Source: an uncultured virus (IMG/VR IMGVR_UViG_3300002488_000005)
Taxonomy: Duplodnaviria > Heunggongvirae > Uroviricota > Caudoviricetes
Strand: one strand, 5' to 3'
DNA: 64,000 nucleotides
IMG/VR virus record: IMGVR_UViG_3300002488_000005
Location: 1-64,000 of that record
A program made the position numbers and the translations under genes. Below are positions 19,393 to 29,100 of the stretch, piece after piece (the first letter of the stretch is position 1; every line of letters starts with the position of its first letter). The notes under the pieces were generated by a model, which was not told where the DNA came from, did not search any database, and saw only the letters and a program-made list of their open reading frames with translations.

Positions 19393-20260
19393 GCACAATG
19401 CTTGTATAGCAATTTTAAGTGCAAGAAAAGAAATGTTACCAACTTGTTTGAAAAACTTTTCACTTTATCATCCTTGTGACTATGATCTTTACGTCTATCA
19501 ATTTGGAAACATCTATACAGATGATGATAAAGAGAAGGTTATAAATAGTTATTCCGGAAAAGTTACATTTGTTACAATACATCCTAAAGTCCCCCCTCAC
19601 TTGAGTGAGGTTGATCTATTTTATAATAGAACGTATAACCAGTATGCTCGTTTTGAGTTTCCCAAATCTAGAACAAATTATTTACATATGTGTAATTTTT
19701 TGACTTGGGAGTTGTTTGAAAGGCAAGAGTTGAGTAGTTATGATTATATAATAAGATTTGATGACGACTCTTGGTTCAAAAAGAGCTTTGGTTTTGATGT
19801 CGTCGATAAATTTATAGAAGAAGAGAGTAAAAGAAATGGTGAGTTATTTTGCATTAATTCATATTTTTGGGGAATGAACGAGCAGTTCAACCCAAGACAT
19901 TCTCAAACTAGAGAAAATTTATTTAATTTTGTAAAGTCATATGTTGAATCTAATGAGGTTTGCCCAAAGAGTTCAAGTCTTAGGAGAGCTATTGATGACA
20001 ATGATGAAATTGCTTTCCACAAAATGGGATGGAAGTCAGATTTATCTGTTTGGAAAAACGGCTTTCAATATCATGAAAATTGGATAAATTGGGTTGATCG
20101 CATAAGAAAGCATGGAGGCATCTACAAGCATAGGTGGGGATGTTGCGAACTACATCATCTTTATGGCTACATGTATTATAAGGACGGTGTTCATAACATG
20201 AATCTAAAAGAACAACAACTATATGATGGGCATTTGCCAAATTTTTACATTATAAGATAG
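19382..20260 (+). CDS. GT15 (Kre2/Mnt1/KTR)-like mannosyltransferase
   Basis: YLHMCNF, YDYIIRFDDDS and GGIYKHRWG resemble the YRHMCRF, YDYYWRVE and GGFFYERWGD motifs of GT15. Confidence 0.65.
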   Translation: MKAKHNACIAILSARKEMLPTCLKNFSLYHPCDYDLYVYQFGNIYTDDDKEKVINSYSGKVTFVTIHPKVPPHLSEVDLFYNRTYNQYARFEFPKSRTNYLHMCNFLTWELFERQELSSYDYIIRFDDDSWFKKSFGFDVVDKFIEEESKRNGELFCINSYFWGMNEQFNPRHSQTRENLFNFVKSYVESNEVCPKSSSLRRAIDDNDEIAFHKMGWKSDLSVWKNGFQYHENWINWVDRIRKHGGIYKHRWGCCELHHLYGYMYYKDGVHNMNLKEQQLYDGHLPNFYIIR

Positions 20261-20273
20261 AGGAGATTGAAGA

Positions 20274-21221
20274 ATGAAAATAAATAAATGTTGCGTCATT
20301 GGCGCAAACGGCTTTATAGGATTTGAGATAGTGAATTATTTACTTTCTAAGGGCGATGAGGTGACTTGTTTTGATGTTGACACGAGTAGAAAGGAAGCGC
20401 ATGGTAATTTGAGGTTTGAAAGTTTAGACATTACAAATAGAAAAATGTGCTTTGATAAGTTGAAAAATTTTGACGAAGTTTACAATTGTGCTGGTGTTTT
20501 AGGAACTTCTGAATTGAACGAAATGATTACAACTGCTGTGAAGGTCAATGTCATAGGATGTTTGAATGTTTTTGATGCTTGTAACAATAATAAAATACCG
20601 AGAGTATTTTATCCATCTAAGCCAAACCCTTGGCTCAACACCTACACGATAACAAAAGAAGCATCAGAAAAATTTTCACAAATGTACAATGAAAAGAGCA
20701 ACACTACCAAAATAATTTCTATGAGGTGGTTCAATGCTTTTGGTCCACACCAGCATACACACCCAGTCCGAAAAATAGGCCCCACATTCAGCTTATTGGC
20801 TAAAGAAAGATTGCCAATTGAGATATTTGGTTCCGGCGATAATGTTGTAGACATGATAACCGCAAAAGATATTGCTAAATGGTCTGTCGAAGCAACCAGA
20901 CACAATTTTTGGGAAGAGGTGTATGATCTCGGAAGAGGAGTGCCTGTGACTGTTAAGCAATTTGCAAAAGATATTAATAAAATTTCTGGTAACAAGTCGG
21001 GAGTTAGTTTTGTTAGAATGAGAGAAGGAGAGGATGAAGACACTATTCTAGTCGCAGACATTTCTGAACTAAGAAAGCGATTTGCTGAAAATGGAATTGA
21101 AATGGTATTTGAAGACTATCAAAAAAGTCTGAAAGAGATGTATGATTTTTACGCTTCAATACCAGACACAAAGCGACACGAGATATTATCTTTTCATGGT
21201 TTTGGAGTTTCTAATGGCTAG
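20274..21221 (+). CDS. NAD-dependent epimerase/dehydratase
   Basis: IGANGFIG, YTITK (YxxxK), RWFNAFGP. Confidence 0.85.
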   Translation: MKINKCCVIGANGFIGFEIVNYLLSKGDEVTCFDVDTSRKEAHGNLRFESLDITNRKMCFDKLKNFDEVYNCAGVLGTSELNEMITTAVKVNVIGCLNVFDACNNNKIPRVFYPSKPNPWLNTYTITKEASEKFSQMYNEKSNTTKIISMRWFNAFGPHQHTHPVRKIGPTFSLLAKERLPIEIFGSGDNVVDMITAKDIAKWSVEATRHNFWEEVYDLGRGVPVTVKQFAKDINKISGNKSGVSFVRMREGEDEDTILVADISELRKRFAENGIEMVFEDYQKSLKEMYDFYASIPDTKRHEILSFHGFGVSNG

Positions 21222-22098
21222 ATGTTTAGTAACAGGACATAAGGGATTTATTGGTTCTAGGCTTTATAGGAAACTAAAAGAGGATGGCCATGAAGTATTA
21301 GGTATAGATATAAAGGACGGCCCTTCTAGAGATATTTTGAACTGCTTGAAGGAGGACGTTGATGGGTCTTTTGAATCTTTATTTTGGGATTTCAAACCTG
21401 AATTTATTTTTCATCTGGCTTGTATACCTAGAGTAGCTTATAGTGTTGAAAATCCTGTTCAAACGATGAAAAATAATGTTATTATAACAACATATGTTCT
21501 TAACTTTGCCAAAAAAGTAGGAGCTAAAAGGGTGATTTATTCTGGGTCCTCTTCTGTGGTCGGTAATGGCGACGGCCCTAATAGCCCATATGGACTTCAA
21601 AAGCTAATCTCAGAGATGGAGTGTAAATTATATTCTGATTTATACGATTTGGATACTGTTTCTTTGAGATACTTCAATGTCTATTCTGAAAACCAGACAG
21701 TAGACGGCCCATATGCTACTGCTATTGCAAACTGGATGCATTATATCAGAATTGGCAAGACGCCATTCATCACAGGGACAGGAGAGCAAAGAAGAGATAT
21801 GGCTTATGTTTGGGATGTTGTTGATGCTAACATTTTTGCAATGAAATACAAAAACAAATTCAATGGACAACATTATGATGTGGGGACTGGCGAGAACATC
21901 TCTCTCAATGAAGTAAAGACGATAGTGAAAAAATATCACGATATAGACTTTGTGTATGTAGAGGAAAGAAAAGGCGATGTTTTGTTAACAAAAGCTAACA
22001 TCGAGCCTTTATTACGAATAGGGTGGAAAGCAAAAACTAATTTACAAAGCGGAATTGATAAATGTTTCCGCTTCAAAATAAAAGATAATAGGAGTTAA
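21214..22098 (+). CDS. NAD-dependent epimerase/dehydratase
   Basis: VTGHKGFIGS, HLAC, SPYGLQK, RYFNVY, GTGEQRRD. Confidence 0.88.
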   Translation: MARCLVTGHKGFIGSRLYRKLKEDGHEVLGIDIKDGPSRDILNCLKEDVDGSFESLFWDFKPEFIFHLACIPRVAYSVENPVQTMKNNVIITTYVLNFAKKVGAKRVIYSGSSSVVGNGDGPNSPYGLQKLISEMECKLYSDLYDLDTVSLRYFNVYSENQTVDGPYATAIANWMHYIRIGKTPFITGTGEQRRDMAYVWDVVDANIFAMKYKNKFNGQHYDVGTGENISLNEVKTIVKKYHDIDFVYVEERKGDVLLTKANIEPLLRIGWKAKTNLQSGIDKCFRFKIKDNRS

Positions 22099-22100
22099 GA

Positions 22101-22307
22101 ATGAATTATAAATTATCTAATCAAGCGATTGGGGCTGTGATGATGGCCCTCCAGAAATCATTAATGGAGCAAACTGATATTGTTCCCGTGTTGCAAGAAT
22201 TCAATGTTCAGATAGACGACGCAGGCCAATTGGTAGTGATGAATCCTCCAATGGTAAAAGCACCAGAAACCACGATAGCCACGCCAAGTAAGGTAGTAAC
22301 CAGCTAA
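22101..22307 (+). CDS. hypothetical protein
   Basis: 68-aa ORF with AGGAG SD. Confidence 0.7.
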   Translation: MNYKLSNQAIGAVMMALQKSLMEQTDIVPVLQEFNVQIDDAGQLVVMNPPMVKAPETTIATPSKVVTS

Positions 22308-22564
22308 TGCCTTTTTATATTTATAACTGTAAGGAATGTGACTCAAGTTTTAAAGTTTGGCACGGCATGACTGAAACACAAAAAGAATGTGTGTTATGTG
22401 AAAAGGAAGGTGGACTTGTCCGAGTTCCTCAAATTCCTTCTGTTGTTAGAGCAACTATAGAAGACGAAAAAATTGGTCGATTGACCGAAGAATGTATTGG
22501 CGAAAACCAACAGCTTCTCAGTGAAATGAAAAAAGAAGCAAGGAACCAAATTTATGAAGATTGA
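22307..22564 (+). CDS. FmdB-like zinc-ribbon protein
   Basis: MPFYIYNCKEC...F...CVLC. Confidence 0.75.
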   Translation: MPFYIYNCKECDSSFKVWHGMTETQKECVLCEKEGGLVRVPQIPSVVRATIEDEKIGRLTEECIGENQQLLSEMKKEARNQIYED

Positions 22565-22955
22565 TTTAGCATTTTGGCTAATTATGGCACTTTCTGCGTC
22601 CGTAATTGGCAATATAGTAGCACTTTATTACGTTAGGGTACTCTTGACTAAGCTATTTGATGTGGGCGAAAATTTGGTTGATTTAGTCGATATGATAACT
22701 AGTTATAGGAATCACCTCAAGTCTGTTTACGAAATGGAAATGTTTTATGGAGACGAAACATTGCAATTTTTACTACAACACACAAATAGTCTATCTACAA
22801 TGTTAGAAAGTTTTGAAGAGATTGGCGACATTGTTAGTCCTTTAGTGTTGGAAGAAGGCGAGGGTGAGCAACAAGAGGAAGAAAAAAATAATGCCGAGAA
22901 GACGATCACCGAACAAGATGTATTTTACGGCGGAACACGAACAAGCAATAGTTGA
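22554..22955 (+). CDS. membrane-anchored hypothetical protein
   Basis: hydrophobic N-terminal helix LAFWLIMALSASVIGNIVALYYV. Confidence 0.7.
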   Translation: MKIDLAFWLIMALSASVIGNIVALYYVRVLLTKLFDVGENLVDLVDMITSYRNHLKSVYEMEMFYGDETLQFLLQHTNSLSTMLESFEEIGDIVSPLVLEEGEGEQQEEEKNNAEKTITEQDVFYGGTRTSNS

Positions 22956-23577
22956 TTATTGCAATTCCGCATGTAATAAAGTCAGAACAAGACTGTATGT
23001 TAGATGGATACAGCCAGCATTTGACCAAATGGTTGATAAAATTGTATTCACATACAAGTTTACCACTTTACCTAATATTGATGAACTTAGAAATGAATGT
23101 AAAGTATGGTTAACAACAATTTTAGAAAAATATGACCCCAACAAAGGCTCAAAGGCTTTTTCTTACTTTAGCGTCATTACAAAAAACTGGTTTATTCATC
23201 AGGTTAAAAAGACCACTAAGAGAAACCAAAGAGAGGTTGATTTTGATAAAGCACTCAAAGAAATTGATCCTTCGAAAATAGTATGCCACCAGCCCTACAT
23301 AAAAGACAGAGAAAGGGATGAATTTTGGCAGAAACTGTGGGTCGAAATGGATGGCTGGGGAACTGATGATATGAAAGACAACGAAAGAAAAGTTTACAAA
23401 GCTGTTGTTGAGATAATGAACTCTGTTGAAGATATTGAGATTTTTAACAAAAAAGCCGTTTATCTTTACCTCAGAGAAATTACAGGAATGAACACGAAAC
23501 AAATCGTATGCCAGTTGAATAAGTTTAGAAAAAAATATAAACTTTTCAAGTCTGACTGGAATAACGGGAAAATCTAA
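22891..23577 (+). CDS. phage sigma factor, T4 gp55-like (late transcription)
   Basis: region-2-like KYDPNKGSKAFSYFSVITKNWF; sits directly upstream of the structural module. Confidence 0.7.
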   Translation: MPRRRSPNKMYFTAEHEQAIVDYCNSACNKVRTRLYVRWIQPAFDQMVDKIVFTYKFTTLPNIDELRNECKVWLTTILEKYDPNKGSKAFSYFSVITKNWFIHQVKKTTKRNQREVDFDKALKEIDPSKIVCHQPYIKDRERDEFWQKLWVEMDGWGTDDMKDNERKVYKAVVEIMNSVEDIEIFNKKAVYLYLREITGMNTKQIVCQLNKFRKKYKLFKSDWNNGKI

Positions 23578-23584
23578 GTAAATT

Positions 23585-23591
23585 CTATTTA
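23585..23591 (+). promoter_or_regulatory. putative late promoter motif CTATTTA
   Basis: in the 21-bp gap that opens the structural operon. Confidence 0.55.
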
Positions 23592-23598
23592 TGTTGTT

Positions 23599-23889
23599 AT
23601 GAGTAAAAAACTAAATGAATACATTGACGAGGCGCTCTCTAATATAAGAAATGATAGAGAGATAACCCGTGAACTTTTAGATGATGCGATTAAGTGGCTA
23701 TCAAAAGATGAAGCACGGCATAAAGAAGTTGGCATAGTTATGTCCAAATATGTCGAGACGTTGCAAAGATCGAATGAGCAATTAGTTAAGATTGTGGGAA
23801 TGATGTCGAAGAAAAGCGGTGATGAAGGGCTATCTGCAAAAGACATGGAAGAGATCTACAACGCAATAAGCAATTCGGAGGAAGAGTAA
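23599..23889 (+). CDS. hypothetical helical protein
   Basis: 96-aa ORF coupled to the next gene by a TAATG overlap. Confidence 0.7.
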   Translation: MSKKLNEYIDEALSNIRNDREITRELLDDAIKWLSKDEARHKEVGIVMSKYVETLQRSNEQLVKIVGMMSKKSGDEGLSAKDMEEIYNAISNSEEE

Positions 23890-25259
23890 TGGCCGGATTC
23901 AGAAAAATCCCAGATAGATACACGCCTTTCTTTGATTCAATTGCGGATAAAGAATCTAGAGATGCTCATAGAAGCGACTTAGATGAATATTTCAATCCAA
24001 TAAACGGTATTTTTGGAGGACAATCTGAGTTCGAAGCCATAGTACTTTCCGAAGAATCAGAAGTTACTAATACTGCATCTAACACAACTACTGATTTCAA
24101 ATTTAAGAGATGCTTTGTGAGGATCTTGGGACTTTCTGACAACTTTCTCATAGAGCAGTGTGAACTAGAGAATACCGTGACATCTGATGAGGAGAAAAAA
24201 AAGCTATTTGCTATGATATCTTCTTGTCATCCGATAGCCTACGCAGAGAGGCCATCAACAGAAAACTCCGATCCTCCTAAATTGTCACCGGGTGACATTA
24301 TTGTAGTAAAGTTTGGCGAAGGTCCTTCATATTTAGGTCGGCAGCGTGTGTTGACATACGACCCATTTAGAGTAAATAGAAGAGTTTCTAAGACCAATGA
24401 AAAATGTAAGGGACGTAGTGGCGATTTTATGAACAAGCCATCAGATGGCAATAGTGGAAGATTAGGACCAGTTTCTGATAATGGCGGTGGAAGCCCAGCT
24501 ATAAAGATAGGAGTTCAGCAGAGTGCATACTCTGGCCCAGACTACGAACCAGCTCTGAACGCAGAGTTACCCTACACGCCCAGAAAAAACCAAGGCAAGC
24601 CATATGAGCCAACTACACCAGCTAAAATGATCGACTTTTCTAAAAGAGGGCCCGATTACAATGGCCCTGATGGGGTAGCACAATTTGATTGGCAAGTTGT
24701 CGGTGCTAGTTACCCAACTCACCCTAAAAGAACAATAATTGGCAGATTGTTTGGAGAACAAAGATCAAAAAGCCTGCACGGCGGAACAGATATTTCTGGT
24801 GGGAATGGGATTGGAGAACCTATGTATGCTGTCTTAGACGGCAAGGTTTACAGGGCTAATTGTTGTTCTAAAAGCGCTGGCGGACATGTAATTGTAGTTC
24901 ATAAAGGAAAAAGAAAAGACGGAAAAGACATTGAATTTTTAGTTCATTATATGCATTGTGAAGCTATTTATGTTAAGAAAAACCAAGAAATCAAAAAAGG
25001 ACAACATATTGCAGATCAGGGAAACACGGGCAATTCTTATGGCGCCCATTTACATTTTGAATTGTGGTGGGGCGTTAATTGGTATGACTGGAATGGGCAA
25101 CAAAAATATAGAGTCAATCCAACAGTTGTTTTGGGCTTGCAATATGGCTATGCTGGAAAAGCAAAAAAAGAAGTTGAAGCCGAAGGCGGTGGGGAAAAAT
25201 TGGCAATTGGTAAGGCACATATAGATGGTGCCACTGGAACCACGGTTTCTGGTGGATAA
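23889..25259 (+). CDS. M23-family peptidase, probable baseplate-hub-associated lysin
   Basis: HGGTDI (HxxxD), YMH, GNTGNSYGAHLHFE (HxH); located in the baseplate module. Confidence 0.85.
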   Translation: MAGFRKIPDRYTPFFDSIADKESRDAHRSDLDEYFNPINGIFGGQSEFEAIVLSEESEVTNTASNTTTDFKFKRCFVRILGLSDNFLIEQCELENTVTSDEEKKKLFAMISSCHPIAYAERPSTENSDPPKLSPGDIIVVKFGEGPSYLGRQRVLTYDPFRVNRRVSKTNEKCKGRSGDFMNKPSDGNSGRLGPVSDNGGGSPAIKIGVQQSAYSGPDYEPALNAELPYTPRKNQGKPYEPTTPAKMIDFSKRGPDYNGPDGVAQFDWQVVGASYPTHPKRTIIGRLFGEQRSKSLHGGTDISGGNGIGEPMYAVLDGKVYRANCCSKSAGGHVIVVHKGKRKDGKDIEFLVHYMHCEAIYVKKNQEIKKGQHIADQGNTGNSYGAHLHFELWWGVNWYDWNGQQKYRVNPTVVLGLQYGYAGKAKKEVEAEGGGEKLAIGKAHIDGATGTTVSGG

Positions 25260-25270
25260 ATGGAGTAATA

Positions 25271-26176
25271 ATGTCACATAACAAAGCGTATAACAAAAAA
25301 GATTTTTCACAAGCAAATCTAGAAGACACAGTTCAAAAAATCATTGACCGAGGAATTGAGCCGGGATTATTTTGCACAGATATAGTAGAAGACGTACCTA
25401 CGTTTCGTCAGGCTCAGTGCGAAAAGGTTATAAAAAACTCATATAATTCTTCAATAGTACTAGGAAGGGACAGGAATGAATCTAGAGCATCCGGTGCTGG
25501 TGGCAAAGGCTACACACAGTGCGGTATGATTGATATAGTTGTCGGCAGAGGGGCAACATACTCTGCTAAAAAAAGAAAACAATTGACACCAAAAGACGTA
25601 ATAGGTCCTAGTTTTTCATCTGATGCTGCTAGAATCTATATAACTCAAAAATCCTTGGGAATTGATTCTTATTTTGGATTTGCTAATACAAAAACGGACT
25701 CATTTGGTAAATCTGCTGTCGCTTTGAAAGCAGACCACACAAGAATAATAGCAAGAGAGAGTGTTAGGATCTATTGCGGCGCAGGTGCATTTACACAAAA
25801 GGAAACAAACTCAAATGGCGCAAGTTTAGAAGTTCCGAAAATAGAACTGATAGCCGGAAATGAGGACAAGCTACAACCAGTTGTTTTGGGCGACAACTTG
25901 GTTGAACATTTATCTAACAACCAAGACATGATGCGTGATATGTTGTCGGCATTAGTTACAATTTTTTCACAACTCGCACAAATAAATGGCTTAATGTCTG
26001 TACTTACGCTTGGCACCGGTGGTAACTTTATAAATAACCTTATTGATGATGTTGATGGTTTGGTGGAACAAAGTATGCAAATAATAAATACTTGGCTAGA
26101 AGAAACATCAGCCTTAGATAAATGCTTGTTACCCGGCAATAGATCGATTTTAAGCAACACTGTTTATACAACATGA
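25271..26176 (+). CDS. putative baseplate spike/hub protein
   Basis: beta-rich, with KADHTRIIARESVRI and QPVVLGDNL; lies between the lysin and wedge genes. Confidence 0.5.
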   Translation: MSHNKAYNKKDFSQANLEDTVQKIIDRGIEPGLFCTDIVEDVPTFRQAQCEKVIKNSYNSSIVLGRDRNESRASGAGGKGYTQCGMIDIVVGRGATYSAKKRKQLTPKDVIGPSFSSDAARIYITQKSLGIDSYFGFANTKTDSFGKSAVALKADHTRIIARESVRIYCGAGAFTQKETNSNGASLEVPKIELIAGNEDKLQPVVLGDNLVEHLSNNQDMMRDMLSALVTIFSQLAQINGLMSVLTLGTGGNFINNLIDDVDGLVEQSMQIINTWLEETSALDKCLLPGNRSILSNTVYTT

Positions 26177-26183
26177 GATAATT

Positions 26184-29100
26184 ATGACATCCAAATTTAA
26201 AAAATTTCAAAGAGACGAATGTCAAGAGGAAGTAAAAGAGCCAGTTGACATGTCTAAGTTCTGTCCAACCTGTGTTCCGGATAAAAATTACAAAGAACCC
26301 AGATGGTGGACAACAGAAAAACCTTACCTAAATGCAAAGAAGTGTGAATACTACACCATGGTCTCTATCAACAAGGATGGAGAAATGTTCACACATAGCT
26401 CCATAAAAGAATCAGGAAAGTCTTTTTCGGATGTTTTAGATTCTTATAAAAAAGTTGGAATTCAGTTTTTATTAAATTTTTATAACAAGGTGCCAACAAA
26501 CGAAATAAACGGTCGCCCAATTGAGGATTACGCAACAGCAGCAGATTATCATTTTTATAGTTTTGCGGACAGCACAATGGTTGTGTTAGTAACAATACCA
26601 GCAAATGTTTTTGATTCAATTCCGGAACAGCCAGTTATAGAAACTGAAGAAGACTTGATGACTGAAACAATGACTGTAAAAACAAAATATTTGATTTTGG
26701 TGTTGAAAAAGTTGAAAGCAACACTTTCTGTTTTTAGTAAATTTCAAGCGATGTACTATCAACTAGAAGGTGGAATGGTAGCATATGAACAAACTGGAGA
26801 GCCTTTTTACTTAGAATTTTATCCAAACAGAATTGATATGTTTCTAGATGAATTGGAAAAGATTATTGAATTAAACAATTACTCATATGGGATTATTTCT
26901 GACCCACTGAACGAGGCCTACGAGTTGAAATTTACCTTTGAAGTATCTCAGGCCCTTGGTACATATAAGATCAAAAAAATTCAAGCCAGAAAGAACTTTG
27001 GCCGCAAATTCAAAACACTAAAAAAGGGACTATCAGCTTTTACAAAAGCGCCACCCATGAAAGACGCTACATTAGTTGGTTATATAGCAAATGTAAAAAA
27101 TATTGGCTTGCGAATAGATGCTAAAAAAACTCCTGCTTGGACTGATTTTGTTGAAACTTTTACCTTTCCAAAAGTCATAGCGACTACTAAAGATAACTTT
27201 ATCAAAAAAACTGGTATTAAGTGTGTTGACGATCAAATTTCAAAAGTTATCGGAGGCTTGGATGATTTTTTATTTAATCAGGTAGTAAAGTTTTCTGATG
27301 CTTTGGAATATCAATTGAACAAGGCGAACAAGACTGGCATTGCCACAATCAATTTGGGGCCTGATTCTATCGTAGATTCTAAAACACAACGCAAAATCGA
27401 AAATGAGTTCAGACTCAGTATACCAGAAATCTCTTTAAATGTTGAAAAAGAGAAAAAAACCTATAGAATCAAGAAGCCATTTTGTCTGGCAGACATGTTA
27501 AAAAACAACAAACAAATCTCAGAAGAATTTTTAAAATCAGTTATCAGTAGCTTAAATCCTTGTAAATTTATTGAATTATCTAAAACTGCAATTACTTGCA
27601 TTATGTCTAATTTGGATTTTGAAACGAGTAACAGAGCAATTATGAAAACTTGGTTTTCAAATGCAACGGCTCAAGGTCTGGAAGGCCTTCTTATGGGACT
27701 ACCAGAGCCAGTTAGGCTTCAAATTTCTCAGGAAATTGCCTTAGAGCTTGGCGAAGAGGCCAACTTGGTTCCTACCGAAGAGCCAGACGACAGAGAAGGT
27801 CAGGTTTCTATTGCAAAGTTTTTAATTGATTCTGGGACTACGATTACTGACGCATATGGCGACGCACTCACAGCTAGTGCAATAACTGGTATATCTAGTA
27901 GATCTAATTTGAGCGAGTCGCAAATAATGAAGGTCTATGAAAAGGTGATCATGAAAGTGGCATCAATTCAGGATTTGATGAAATCTATAGAGAACTTGCC
28001 GGGAATGGATTTACTAATGTCAATGACGGGCATCGGTGGCAGTGATTTTCCTGTTACCCACTATATAACACCGCCTATTGATAGTTTTCTGAATTCTTTG
28101 TCTTTTGATATTTGTGGAAAATGGCCATCTGGCTTGAGAATGCCAAAAATTGATTTCAAATTTACTTCGTGGAGTTGGCCTAAGGCTTTAGGTATAATGT
28201 TTATAAAATTTTTGAGACTCAAGATAAAGGACCTCATAATCAATCTGATAGGTTTTGTTGCGGGCAAGATAAAAATTGAACTCCCAACGATACACAGTTT
28301 AGATTGTAACAACGTCAAGGATTTTGCAAAAGCTGCTAGTGATTTACTGACAGATCGTAAAGATCTGAAAGATATTTTGTCTGAGGTTGTTTGCGGAGAG
28401 ATAGACCAAGACAGAGACAAGCAGGAGCTATGTAATAATCTTTTGGGCCAAACTGGGCTTACAACAGATAATGCTATGGCAACACTAGCTTCTACGAACT
28501 ACGATTCTCTAAATAATCCAATTGCAACAATGGATTCGCCATCAAACCAGTTGAGTGACAAGGAGACAGTCGCTAGAGCACAGCAACCATTCATAAAGCT
28601 AACCAAGGCTATCTCCGTTTCTTCTACAAAAAATGAAATGATAAGAGCCATTACATTGCCACCGGAAGAACAAGATTATAATTTTTTCAAAAACTTGTCC
28701 CTAACGATACCAATTGTCGTGCCTGAGTTTGCATCTTCTTTTGACACCGTAGAAAAAGTAGCTGAATTTTTTATCAAATTGTCAAACACGTTAACTTTTG
28801 ACCAGAGACAAGCACTAAGAGACTCTGTAGATCCAACCGAAGAAGATCAGCCGTTAGAAAGCAGCATTTGTCTAACGAGCGAGCAAGTGGAACAGTGGAA
28901 TGCGGAAAGACAAAGAGCTTTTGAAGAGTCCGGACTAAACCCAGATGTAGCAAAAGATTTTGTTGACAAACAGAATGAAAGAATAGCAACTGATTTGGAA
29001 GAGATGTTAGATCTAATTTCAAGATCACCAGAGGACTTATTCAAGGATGCTATTGATAGAGCCCTTGATATTGAAGGAGATGGGTGCGAAAATCCCCAAG

